Shown: positions 63,856 through 64,000 of the stretch, piece after piece
How the letters are laid out: the number at the start of each line of letters is the position of its first letter
Numbering within the stretch: the first letter of the stretch is position 1
From: Octopus sinensis
Lineage: Eukaryota
Length of the DNA: 64,000 nucleotides
NCBI RefSeq assembly: GCF_006345805.1
Contig: NW_021836127.1
Span: 1 to 64,000, forward strand
Reading direction: 5' to 3'
The notes under the pieces: generated by a model
Database searches by the model: none
Seen by the model: the letters and a program-made list of their open reading frames with translations, nothing else
Told to the model about the DNA's origin: nothing
Made by a program: the position numbers and the translations under genes

Positions 63856-64000
63856 TTCTTTTGGTGATTTTTCTTTTAACCGTTTTTGTCTTTCACTTTT
63901 TACGGATTTTTTAAACGTTTAAATGGCTTTAAAAGTTACCTTTTTCAAATTTTTTTATAAATCCCATTTAGTTCGTTATTAATCCCACTTAGTTTGATGT

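Larger units (their letters stand above)
56034..64000. repeat. Segmental duplication copy B
   Basis: Colinear with 39010-48317; lacks the 2080-bp hAT; has a unique segment at about 57357-58124. Confidence 0.97.

Noticed and set aside
1-64000. CRISPR array, rRNA, tRNA or prokaryotic operon
   Set aside because: No regularly spaced repeat-spacer array or RNA-gene signature seen; the genes are spliced and eukaryotic.

Overview
AT-rich eukaryotic, very probably animal, genomic DNA read with the standard genetic code. Host genes are split by very short spliceosomal introns (mostly 23-30 nt), so the ORF track fragments or misses them. This intron size suggests a highly reduced parasitic animal such as a dicyemid or myxozoan (inference only). 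Host genes found: IGHMBP2-like SF1 helicase, MED11, GT14/GCNT glycosyltransferase, an SLC7 transporter with two frameshifts, an LRR ectodomain gene, and two paralogous unknown secreted-type genes. An SLC6 transporter, an unknown multi-pass membrane gene and RPL7 each occur twice inside a duplication of at least 8 kb. Pseudogenes: sorbitol dehydrogenase, non-specific endonuclease (EndoG-like) and a NAP1 fragment. The rest is a dense mosaic of transposons: hAT (Buster/SPIN and CGGBP-like), pogo/Tigger, Tc1, rve integrase, Jockey- and RTE-like LINEs, and two RLE-type LINE groups (CRE-like and R4/NeSL-like). Best leads: (1) an apparently intact hAT transposase carrying three host-style micro-introns, present in only one duplicate copy; (2) a 3.6-kb run of nine TE fragments all on one strand, lying downstream and antisense of a duplicated helicase promoter/start; (3) a swarm of CRE 3' ends that begin at almost the same codon; (4) a cryptic LRR gene with one repeat per phase-2 exon. 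All protein family calls come from motif recognition by eye; no database search was run.
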